Positions 50,233-59,204 of a stretch of 64,000 bases of DNA are shown here, one piece after another. A program made the translations under genes and the position numbers. Below the pieces are notes generated by a model, which saw only the letters and a program-made list of their open reading frames with translations, had not been told where the DNA came from and ran no database searches. The DNA comes from Longimicrobiales bacterium (lineage in GTDB: Bacteria; Gemmatimonadota; Gemmatimonadetes; Longimicrobiales; Gaopeijiaceae). The DNA lies in assembly GCA_965248195.1 (NCBI GenBank), contig CBDFIQ010000002.1:2912001-2976000 (forward strand), read 5' to 3'. How positions within the stretch are numbered: position 1 is the first letter of the stretch; the number at the start of each line of letters is the position of its first letter.

Positions 50233-50619
50233 CTACTCTCGTACGAGCTCGATCAATGCCTCCATGTGGTCCAGATATCGCTGGAGCGCCTGTCGGCCGA
50301 TCTCCGTGAGGCGATAGTCCGTCCGCGGAATCCGACCCTTGAAAGACTTTTGTATCTCGACGTAGCCAGCTTCCTCTAGCCGCCTAGCGTGAACGCTGAG
50401 GTTCCCGTCCGAGGTGTCGAGACGCTCCTTGAGTTCGTTGAAGCTGAGAGATTCCTCCACCGCGAGTGCGCTTACGATCCCTAGGCGGACACGCACATGG
50501 ATGATCGGGTCGAGTGCGACAGGATTGGTCTTCCCGGCTTGTACATCGATGCTCACGGTCGATCCCTTGACCGGGGCCAGGTGCGGGGCCTTGCGGCGGG
50601 CCCGTGCTCCCTCAGCCAC
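50233..50619 (-). CDS. Winged-helix transcriptional regulator (ArsR/MarR-like)
   Basis: LDPIIH.RVRLGI, SFNELK, DGNLSVH, LE.AGYV, PRT.Y.LT; GTG after GAGGAGG. Confidence 0.9.
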   Translation of the reverse strand: MAEGARARRKAPHLAPVKGSTVSIDVQAGKTNPVALDPIIHVRVRLGIVSALAVEESLSFNELKERLDTSDGNLSVHARRLEEAGYVEIQKSFKGRIPRTDYRLTEIGRQALQRYLDHMEALIELVRE

Positions 50620-51223
50620 CGTGCCTCCTCGCAATGATCGTCCCGAAGACGATCTGCAGCCCCCCGAATCCCACGGCCATCGAGAGATCACCGGCGGCAG
50701 GCCTCGCGAGAAGCGCAAACACCCCGAGGACCATGAAACAGATCCCCATCACGGGGACGATCTTGACCGAAAAGGTGCCGGCCGTGACGACGGCGGCGCC
50801 GTAGAGGAGAAGCCATGCCCCCGGAAGAAGTGAGTCGGCTCCGGCTTGCCAGAGCGCTACCGTAAGTACCGCTCCAGCGAGAGCAGGAGGAAGGAAGCTC
50901 AGAAAGAACTTGCGACCCGCCCCGGAAAGGACGGGAAGATGGGCCCGGCGCGCCTTCCGGTGGATCGCAACCGCCCCGATCGCCACAGCGAGCAACGCCT
51001 CGAGAGTCCAGACTAGAAGCCATCCCTCAGCAGTCGGCTGGCCTGAAGCGAGCATCGCAGCAGCCAGTGCGGTGACTCCCATTCCGACGCCACCCCATCC
51101 CGGAACCGCCGTGAAGGCGGCACCCCGCTCCATCGTCCGGCGGATGAAGCGCAGATCCTCCTTGGCTCGGTCGCCAAGGGCGATGGGTTCCGGACTCTGA
51201 TCGACTTGAGAGAGTTTCAGCAT
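50612..51223 (-). CDS. Hypothetical membrane protein
   Basis: DLRFIRRTMER..FTAVPG, then several TM helices; overlaps the regulator start. Confidence 0.8.
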   Translation of the reverse strand: MLKLSQVDQSPEPIALGDRAKEDLRFIRRTMERGAAFTAVPGWGGVGMGVTALAAAMLASGQPTAEGWLLVWTLEALLAVAIGAVAIHRKARRAHLPVLSGAGRKFFLSFLPPALAGAVLTVALWQAGADSLLPGAWLLLYGAAVVTAGTFSVKIVPVMGICFMVLGVFALLARPAAGDLSMAVGFGGLQIVFGTIIARRHGG

Positions 51224-51260
51224 GATGAAGACAAATGTGGTCCGCGGCGTTGCGGTCGTC

Positions 51261-51281
51261 AAGTACTTTGTGTTACAAAGT
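51261..51281. promoter_or_regulatory. Putative operator palindrome ACTTTG-N5-CAAAGT
   Basis: Perfect 6 bp inverted repeat (51265-51281), AT-rich, ~40 bp upstream of the operon; overlaps a TTGACT on the minus strand. Confidence 0.65.
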
Positions 51282-51366
51282 CAACGCCCGCCTGCCTCTC
51301 GTCAAAGACGGAGCGGCTGGTTCGCGATCGGCTGCTACTCCCGCGGGACGCGGAGGAGATCGTCGC

Positions 51367-51927
51367 TCAGCGTTCTCCAGTTTCCAGGTATCTCATTCTG
51401 GACATAATCCCGATTCCATTTCCCAGATAATCGGCCGAGCTGACCTCCTCCATCCAGAAGGTGCCGCTTCCCCCGTCGATCCGCAGGCCCTGGTTGATGT
51501 GTCGAGCCCCTTCCGTAGGCGAGGCACCATGCCAGTGCTCCACCCCTGGAAGCGCGAATTCGATGCCACCCCTATGGAGCTCCCGCATTCTTTGTCCGCG
51601 CTGCTGAAAGCGCGCCACTCCTTCCATCACGATGATGTATTGGCCTCCACCGTGGCAGTGCCAGAAGGAGCGGGAGCCCGGACCCCAATAACGGCCCGTG
51701 AGGGGCGCACCATTGGCTACTGCTTCCGGCGAGGGAACCCCCGATTCGCTCGTGCCCGTGACAAAGTTCTGCAACGGGCCCCCAGGGCAAGGAAGATCCT
51801 GCTGCGCACCACTCGCTGCCGGCTCATTTGCTCGTGCGTCAGCCAACCGGGCAAAACCGAGGGAAAGTGGCAACACAAAGATCCACAGCAGCAAGTAGAG
51901 TAGAGTACGACCGGACAGAGCGAACAT
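51367..51927 (-). CDS. Cupin domain protein with signal peptide
   Basis: PGSRSFWHCHGGGQ...PGVEHWHGA; ATG after AAGGAGG. Confidence 0.85.
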   Translation of the reverse strand: MFALSGRTLLYLLLWIFVLPLSLGFARLADARANEPAASGAQQDLPCPGGPLQNFVTGTSESGVPSPEAVANGAPLTGRYWGPGSRSFWHCHGGGQYIIVMEGVARFQQRGQRMRELHRGGIEFALPGVEHWHGASPTEGARHINQGLRIDGGSGTFWMEEVSSADYLGNGIGIMSRMRYLETGER

Positions 51928-52177
51928 TGCGAACCTCCTTCGAGAGAATCAGTGCGGGAGTCTGCACCTCACCTCGGGCGTCGACTTCGACCGTTCTCAA
52001 CGTATTTCGGCGTTCGTTTCTCCGCCACCGTCAGTCAGATTCAGGATCGCAACAGCCCAGTTCACAAGTTTCGGGGAGTTTGGGGTCCCGGTTGGGGTCC
52101 CATACCCGCAGTTACGCTGCGACTAGGGTGTAGGTCAGGCGAGAGACCTTAGCCCGGCGCCTTGCAACGGTAGGTTA

Positions 52178-52195
52178 TTGTTTTTCCTATCCTTC
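52178..52195 (+). repeat. 18 bp exact repeat upstream of ggt
   Basis: ttgtttttcctatccttc, identical to 44665-44682. Confidence 0.85.
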
Positions 52196-52263
52196 TCGTT
52201 CAGGTTGTGGATGAAGCTGTCAGATCGAGCCGCCCACGGTGTGAAAACGAAGACGAGAGAGTT

Positions 52264-54117
52264 ATGAACAACAAGAGTAGATTTCCGTTCCTGACGACCG
52301 GCGTCCTGGTCCTAGGTCTGTCGGCCCCCGTGGCGCTCCTGGCGCAGAATCGCCAGGACCAGGTGGCCCCGGATGCCGCGGGTCCGGCGGCCCAGTCTCT
52401 GGACGTGTACCGGCCCGCTGTCCAATTCGTGCATGGTGCGGTCACTGCTGGTCACCCGCTTGCATCGACGGCAGGACTAAGGATCCTGCTCCAGGGAGGA
52501 AACGCCGCCGACGCGTCGGTGGCCACCTTGTCGACGCTGCATGTCGTGAGACCCCAGAGCTCGGGTACCGGTGGCAACGGGTTCTTCACGATCTACGACA
52601 AGGCGACCGATCGTATCTACTCGCTGGGCGCGACGGGTGCTGCCGCCATGGCGATCGACCCAGCGAAGATGACGCGCGAGTCCCTGAACCAGGGGATTCA
52701 TGCCGGTGTCGTCCCGGGTCTGTTCGGAGGTTGGATTGCGGTTCTCGACCGATTCGGAACCATGAGCCTGTCTGAGGTGCTCGAGCCGGCGATCGATTAC
52801 GCAGAAAACGGCCATCCGATCGAGGAATCCGCTGCCCGCTCGATGGCCAGAGCGCAGGCGCGCTTCGAGCAGTTCCCCACGAGCGCGAGCGTGTTTCTAC
52901 CTGGTGGAGAGGCGCCAGAGCCGGGAGAGACGTTCCGCATGACTGACTTGGCGAACACCTTCAAGAAGGTAGTGGAAGCCGAGCAGGAGGCACTCAGAGC
53001 AGGCAAGAGCCGCTCAGAGGCACTGCAGGCCGCCTTCGACCGCTTCTACAAGGGCGACATCGCCCAAGAGATGGCCCGGTTCTATCAGGAAAACGGAGGA
53101 GACTTCACGCTCGAGGACTTCGCCGCGTACGAGCCGATCTGGGCCGACCCGGTGCACACGACCTTCCGCGGTTACGATATCTACTCGAGCCCTTCGACAT
53201 CCCGAGGGGGGTTCGAGGTCGCCATGCAATTGAACCTGGTGGAAGGCTTCGACCTCAAGGCGCTCGGTCACAACAGCGCAGAGGTGCTCCACCTCCTCGC
53301 GGAGGCGATCAAGGTTGCGAAGTCCGACATCTACCACTATGTGGGAGACCCCGTGTTCACCGATATCCCGGTGGCCGACCTCCTGTCGAAAAAGTATGCC
53401 GCGGAGCGGCGTAACTTGATCAGCCAGCGGACGGCGATGCGCTATCCGGAGGCCGGCCAGCCGGCCGGCGCCAATGCGTCGGCGTCGATTGCCGCGCCTC
53501 GTGGACCGCAGTTCGATGAACTAGCGGAGGTAGGTGGCACGACCAGCTTCTCCGTGGCAGACCAGTTCGGCAACGTGATCAGTGTCACGCCGACCCACGG
53601 TGGAGGCTTCGGTACTGGGGTGGTCGTCGGCAACACCGGACTGCTGTTCAACAACGGGACCCGGATCGGGTCGACATCACCGTATCCGGACGATGTCAAC
53701 TACGTAAGAGGCGGGCAGATTCCGTTGCTGAACAATTCGCCCGTTATCGTCATGAAGGACGGTGAGTTCGTCCTTGCCATCGGATCTCCCGGCGGCGAAA
53801 CCATCGGCCAGACGCAGTTCCAGACCGTGTTGAACGTCCTGGAGTTTGGGATGTCGATTCAGGAGGCGGTAGCGGCGCCTCGGTTCGTCCTGACGGCCGA
53901 GCCGAACTTCTACTTGCCTGGTGCAGAAGTCGTCCTGAACCTCGAGAACCGTATCGATCCGGCGATCGCCGGCGCGCTGATGGACATGGGGCACAACGTC
54001 GAGCTGGCTGCGCCATACAGCTTCGGCAGCAACCAAGGGATCCTTCGGGATGCCGGAACCGGGACGCTGTCCGCCGGAGCGGATCCCAGGCGGGTGGGTT
54101 ATGCGGTGGGCTGGTGA
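52264..54117 (+). CDS. ggt: Gamma-glutamyltransferase
   Basis: Signal peptide; GGNAADA, FYKGDIA, TTSFSVAD (Thr nucleophile), GSPGG, GADPRR. Confidence 0.9.
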   Translation: MNNKSRFPFLTTGVLVLGLSAPVALLAQNRQDQVAPDAAGPAAQSLDVYRPAVQFVHGAVTAGHPLASTAGLRILLQGGNAADASVATLSTLHVVRPQSSGTGGNGFFTIYDKATDRIYSLGATGAAAMAIDPAKMTRESLNQGIHAGVVPGLFGGWIAVLDRFGTMSLSEVLEPAIDYAENGHPIEESAARSMARAQARFEQFPTSASVFLPGGEAPEPGETFRMTDLANTFKKVVEAEQEALRAGKSRSEALQAAFDRFYKGDIAQEMARFYQENGGDFTLEDFAAYEPIWADPVHTTFRGYDIYSSPSTSRGGFEVAMQLNLVEGFDLKALGHNSAEVLHLLAEAIKVAKSDIYHYVGDPVFTDIPVADLLSKKYAAERRNLISQRTAMRYPEAGQPAGANASASIAAPRGPQFDELAEVGGTTSFSVADQFGNVISVTPTHGGGFGTGVVVGNTGLLFNNGTRIGSTSPYPDDVNYVRGGQIPLLNNSPVIVMKDGEFVLAIGSPGGETIGQTQFQTVLNVLEFGMSIQEAVAAPRFVLTAEPNFYLPGAEVVLNLENRIDPAIAGALMDMGHNVELAAPYSFGSNQGILRDAGTGTLSAGADPRRVGYAVGW

Positions 54118-54712
54118 CCGCACCGCCTTGCAGGACGGCCACCTCCGAACGATGAGGGTCGGCGTCTCAGCCTAGAATTCGTTCACTGTCAATCGAATGT
54201 CCTCGTCGGGGCGCCCTACCCCGGCGCCATGCCCTTTTTCATTTGGTTCCAGGCCTGGCGGGCTTCCTCGACCGACCCCTCATCCTCGATCGTCGTGATG
54301 TCGCCCGGGTCCTGGTCGAGAACGACCGCTTTCAACACCCTCCGCATGATCTTGCCGCTGCGGGTCTTGGGTAACATCGATACGAAGTTCAGCTCACCGA
54401 TGACCGCAATCGGTCCGAGCTCGTGCCGGATCGTGTCTACCAGGGCCTGGCGGAGCTCATCGGACGGTGTCTCAGCGTTCTTGAGCAGTACGAACGCCGC
54501 GATCACCTCACCGCGCACCTCGTCCGGTCGTCCGACCACACCGCACTCGGCAACCGCCGGATGCTTGAGACAGGCGCTTTCCACCTCGATCGTTCCCATG
54601 CGGTGGGCGGCGATCTTGATGATCTCGTCGGCACGTCCTCCGAACCAGAGATAGCCGTCCTCGTCGATGTGCACGGAATCGCCGCTGTAGTACACATTGA
54701 ATCGCCCCGGGT

Positions 54713-55648
54713 TCATCGGAGACTGTTTGACTTGAGTGTCAGAGGCTCACCTGGAGCGTCCTGACGCGAATAATACAACTCTTCGTACTCGGCCGGCGGG
54801 ATATGGCCGTGGGGCTCGAAGAGGCGATGGTGATTGAACCACCAGACCCATTCGAGGGTGGCGAGCTCGATGTCTTCGAGGGTGCGCCACGGACCGCGTG
54901 GACGAATGAGCTCGGTCTTGTAGAGTCCGATGATCGTCTCGGCCAGGGCGTTGTCATACGAATCCCCCCGGCTGCCTACGGACGGCTCGATGCCTGCCAA
55001 CGCCAGGCGCTCGGTGTAGCGGATAGACAGGTACTGCCCCCCGCGGTCGCTGTGATGCACCAGGCGCTTGTCTGCGTCGTCCTCGCGTTCACAGATCGCC
55101 TGCTCGAGAGCGTCGAGCGCTAAGTCACTGCGTAATGAGTTCGAGACCCGCCATCCGACGATGCGACGGCTGAACGCATCGATCACGAACGCCACGAAGA
55201 CAAACGCATGGCCCGTCCGCACGTACGTGAGGTCCGAGACCCACAGCTCGTTGGGACGTGCCGCGCTGAAGTCTCGGTTCACGAGGTCCAGCGGGCGCTC
55301 GTCGCCCTCCGCCGTGTGCGTTGTCACCTTGAAGCGCCGCCCTCGCGTAACCCCACAAAGCTCCAGTTCCTTCATGAGCCGAGCCACCGTGCATCGAGCC
55401 ACGGTGATGCCTTCCCGGTTCAGCTGCTTCCACACCTTCTTCGCCCCGTAGACCTGGAAGTTCTGCATCCACACTCGACGGATCTCCGGCTTCAGCATCT
55501 CGTCGCGCTGAGCCCGGACCGATCGTAGCGTCGGATCTGCCTGCATCGCCTTGTGCGTGTAGTAGGTCGACGGAGCGATCGGCAGTACCTCGCAGATCGG
55601 CTCGACTCCGTACGTGGGCCGGTAATCGTCGATGAAGGCCACCATCAC
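54713..55648 (-). CDS. IS3 transposase OrfB (DDE integrase core)
   Basis: [25 protein letters not shown]. Confidence 0.95.
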   Translation of the reverse strand: MMVAFIDDYRPTYGVEPICEVLPIAPSTYYTHKAMQADPTLRSVRAQRDEMLKPEIRRVWMQNFQVYGAKKVWKQLNREGITVARCTVARLMKELELCGVTRGRRFKVTTHTAEGDERPLDLVNRDFSAARPNELWVSDLTYVRTGHAFVFVAFVIDAFSRRIVGWRVSNSLRSDLALDALEQAICEREDDADKRLVHHSDRGGQYLSIRYTERLALAGIEPSVGSRGDSYDNALAETIIGLYKTELIRPRGPWRTLEDIELATLEWVWWFNHHRLFEPHGHIPPAEYEELYYSRQDAPGEPLTLKSNSLR

Positions 55649-55965
55649 CGAACTCGGCGGTCGAGCTCCGCCTGTGCGAAATACGCCGATGCCTTACGCA
55701 GAATCTCGTTCGCCCGCTTCAGCTCACGATTCTCACGCTCCAGCACCTTCAGTCGCTCACGCTCTTCTGTCTTGAGACCGGGCCGTTGCCCCGTGTCTCG
55801 CTCCGCTCGTCGAACCCATTTACGTAGCGTCTCCGCCGTGCACCCGATCTTCTCCGAGATCGAGCAGATCGCCGCCCACTGTGAGCTGTACTCAGGCTCG
55901 TGCTCGAAAACCATCCGAACGGCTCGCTCCCGTACCTCTGGGGAGTACTGTCCTTTCCTTTTCAT
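55645..55965 (-). CDS. IS3 transposase OrfA (HTH)
   Basis: [13 protein letters not shown]...ETLRKWV...[23 protein letters not shown]. Confidence 0.95.
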   Translation of the reverse strand: MKRKGQYSPEVRERAVRMVFEHEPEYSSQWAAICSISEKIGCTAETLRKWVRRAERDTGQRPGLKTEERERLKVLERENRELKRANEILRKASAYFAQAELDRRVR

Positions 55966-57629
55966 GACTCCATCCTCTCAACTGATGGAGTCTCCGGCAA
56001 ACCCGGGGTGATTCACATCGGGAATCTTCTGCCAGTAGTCACGGCCGTACCGGCCCGGCTCGCCCCAAAGCGCAGGGGTCAATCCTGGAAACGGTCGTGT
56101 CAGCACCATGATGCCCTGCTCGCCGACGTCACAAGGTGTGCCGTCCGTCCGCACGACCGCCGCTTCGATGCCCGGTAGAGGGATGGCGGCCGACCCCGGC
56201 TTGATCGGGAGCATGCCAAGCCCGTAGGGATTGCCGAACACCGGCCCGCTGGTTTCCGTTTGCCACATGTGGTCGATGACGGGCACCCGCCCCTTCAGAA
56301 TAGTATTCTGCAGCCAGTCCCAGGCCGGCGGGTTGAGCACCTCACCGGCCGAGAACACACGCTCGAGCCGTGAGTGGTCGACGCTTCCCAGCGGGCCGTC
56401 GCCGTATCGCATGAGCGCCCGAACCGCGGTGGGGGACGTGAAAATCCCCGTAGCCCCCAGCTCTTCGACAACGATACGCCAGTTGGCCTCCGGCTCCGGA
56501 TGGTCCAGCGCACCCTCGAAGACAACGGTCGTGCAGCCGGCCAACAACGGGCCGTACACCATGTAGCTGTGTCCCACGATCCAGCCGATGTCGGATGTCG
56601 CCCACCACACATCGGTCGGTCTCAGCCCGAAGCACCAGCGTCCCATCGAGACGACGTGCACCTGGTATCCGCCGTGCGTGTGGATCGCTAGCTTTGGCTT
56701 GGCGGTCGTGCCGGATGTCGCAAGGATAAAAGCAGGCTCGTTGGCTTCCAGCGACACCCAATCCCCCGACTGCCCATCCGCGCCGGCGAGAAAGGCATCC
56801 CACGTGATGTCGCGGCCGGGCGTCATCGACGATGCATCGCCCGAGCGTTGTAATACGACCACCCGCTCGACGGTGTCCCCGAGCGACTGCAAAGCGTCGT
56901 CGAGGAGCGGCTTGAGTGGGAGCTCCTTGCCTTTGCGGTAGGTGATATCGGCAGTGAAGACGACCCGCGAGCCGCTGGCGGAGATCCGATCTGCGAGCGC
57001 CTGTGCGCCAAACCCTGCAAAGATGACCGAGTGAATCGCTCCGATCCTCGTGCATGCCAGCATGAGAACGACCGCCTCGGGGCACGTCGGCATCGAGAGG
57101 GTCACACGATCCCCTTTCTCGACGCCGAGCCCGCGCAGGGCGGCGGCCAGCCGCTTCACCTCATCCAAGAGCTGGGCGTACGTCAACACCACCCTGTCAC
57201 CGCGTTCGTTGAGATAAATCAGGGCAGCGCGGCCACCGTTCCCCTCCGCAACGTGGCGGTCCACCGCATTGTAAGCGAGGTTGGTCTGCGCACCGACGAA
57301 CCAACGAAACGTCGGAGGATCCGCTTCGTAGACACGGTCCCAGGCCCGGAACCACGGTAACTCCTGAGCGGCCCGCTCCCAGAAACCCTCCGGATCCCGG
57401 AGGCCGTCCTCAATCCATTTCGTGACAGTCGGCGAGGCGAGGTTCACCTGGCCCTCCCGGTCCAAGTTGACAATCACCGCAAGGTTCCGCCTCGTCTCCG
57501 GCATTGCAAGCTCGAGGCTTGACCGACAAAATGATCCTCTGCGGCAGCCGAGGGCGCTAGACCTGACGTCACGATCGAAACGGCTCCCTCAGCGGTGAGC
57601 TGAAGCCCAACGACGAGGGAGGTCCATGC

Positions 57630-59204
57630 ATGCTCCACGACACGAAAACTAGAGACCGGCGCAGTCTGTCGGGTGTCGCTGTCCGGGGAGCATTCACCAT
57701 CGTGGCGGTGTTGTTGTCGACTGCCGGATGTTCGGAACCGGCCAACTCCGGGCCTCAGAACGGCCCGACGGCGCTACCGGGCGCCGGTTCTGGTCCGGTG
57801 ACGAGCGACGTCCAGAACGCGTTCCTGCAGTGGCCGCTACCACCCGGGGCGGAGGCGTACGGCGACATCGATGGACGGCATCTCCTCGAGTACGTCGTGG
57901 AGCAGGTCGAGATCTCGCGTCGCTACCGCGACCAGGGACATCCGAAGTATTGGGGCCGGATCATCGGCACCTCGGGCGATGCCGAAAGTGCGGACTGGGT
58001 GGCGGCCAAATTCGACGATATCGGCCTCTCGGACGTCCACATTCAATCCTTCGACCTACAGCCTCAATGGATGCCCCAGTCGTGGGAGGTCTCGGTCACG
58101 GCCGGCGAGACGACCCTGAAGGTGGAAACCGCGCAACCGGTCTATCGGGCGACAGGAACGCCGCCCGGCGGATTGGATCTCGAAGCGGTCTACGTCGGCT
58201 TGGGGAGCGAGGCCGATTTCATCGGGCGTGACGTCGAGGGGAAGGCGGTGTTCGCGCATAGCATGTTCGGCGTGAGGGATGACGGTGCGTTGCCCCGGGC
58301 CGATGCCCGGGGGGCGGCCGCCGTCTTCGACGTCCATATGCTGCCGGGCAACATGCGCTACCAGGCGTACCCGAAGAACACAAGCGTCCCGACCTTTACC
58401 GTGGGTGGGGAGGACGGGATCGCCGTGAGGGATCTAATCGCGGCCGCACCGCCAGGTCAGCCGCTGCGTGTGCACGTGCGAATGGACATCGAGATGGTCC
58501 CTGACTTGCAGACCGCGATCGTCTGGGGCACGCTGCCGGGCGCGACAGATGAGACGATCTACATCATGGCCCATCGGGACGGGTGGTTCGATGCCTCCGG
58601 CGACAACGCGTCGGGCGTAGCCTCCATGATCGGTTTGGCCGAGCACTATGTGAGGATCCCACAGGCCGAGCGACGACGGACGATCATCTTTCTGGGGATC
58701 GATGGGCACCACAACTCGGGCGAGGGATCGGGGGTGGGGCGCCAGTGGATGGCCGACAACCGTGAAGAGCTGTTCGCCAAGACTGCCCTGGTGATCAACG
58801 CCGAGCACCCTTCGACGGTGCAGACCAGCGTCAGGCCTCGTTATCTCCGCCGCGACGAGATCATCTGGGCCAACACCTACACGGCGCAGCAATGGTATGC
58901 GGGCGGTCCCTCGAGGCCGGAGCTCAACGCGATTGCCGTCGCCGCGTTCCGAGAGTTCGGTGTCAGCTTCTACCTTGACCCGAACGCCAGACCACCGGCT
59001 GGCGACTTGGGTCGGCTATATCGGTTCGTGCCCGGTGTGGCAACGAGCGACTTCTATCACTACTTCCACACCGACCTGGAGACCCCGGAAACCGTGCCGT
59101 GGACCGGACTCGAGGCCTCGACTCGGGCGTACGCGCGGATCGTCGATGAGGTGAACAAGCTCGACTTGAGCGTCTTGCAGCGACCTGAAGAACCGACACC
59201 CTGA
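57630..59204 (+). CDS. M28 family peptidase lipoprotein with PA domain
   Basis: TAGC lipobox; MAHRD, DNASG, INAEH, FHT. Confidence 0.8.
   Translation: MLHDTKTRDRRSLSGVAVRGAFTIVAVLLSTAGCSEPANSGPQNGPTALPGAGSGPVTSDVQNAFLQWPLPPGAEAYGDIDGRHLLEYVVEQVEISRRYRDQGHPKYWGRIIGTSGDAESADWVAAKFDDIGLSDVHIQSFDLQPQWMPQSWEVSVTAGETTLKVETAQPVYRATGTPPGGLDLEAVYVGLGSEADFIGRDVEGKAVFAHSMFGVRDDGALPRADARGAAAVFDVHMLPGNMRYQAYPKNTSVPTFTVGGEDGIAVRDLIAAAPPGQPLRVHVRMDIEMVPDLQTAIVWGTLPGATDETIYIMAHRDGWFDASGDNASGVASMIGLAEHYVRIPQAERRRTIIFLGIDGHHNSGEGSGVGRQWMADNREELFAKTALVINAEHPSTVQTSVRPRYLRRDEIIWANTYTAQQWYAGGPSRPELNAIAVAAFREFGVSFYLDPNARPPAGDLGRLYRFVPGVATSDFYHYFHTDLETPETVPWTGLEASTRAYARIVDEVNKLDLSVLQRPEEPTP

Larger units (their letters stand above)
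54698..56015 (-). mobile_element. IS3 family insertion sequence (IS51/IS6110-like ends), 1318 bp
   Basis: TG..CA ends; 27 bp IRs, 23/27 identical; 3 bp TSD CAT (54695-54697 and 56016-56018); orfA and orfB present. Confidence 0.95.
54216..57447 (-). pseudogene. acs: Acetate--CoA ligase interrupted by an IS3-family element
   Basis: N-terminal part has TSGTTAKPK and DHMWQTE; C-terminal part has YYSGD, GRADE and LPKTRSGKIMRR. Removing 54698-56015 plus one CAT restores the in-frame KIPDVYY. Confidence 0.9.
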
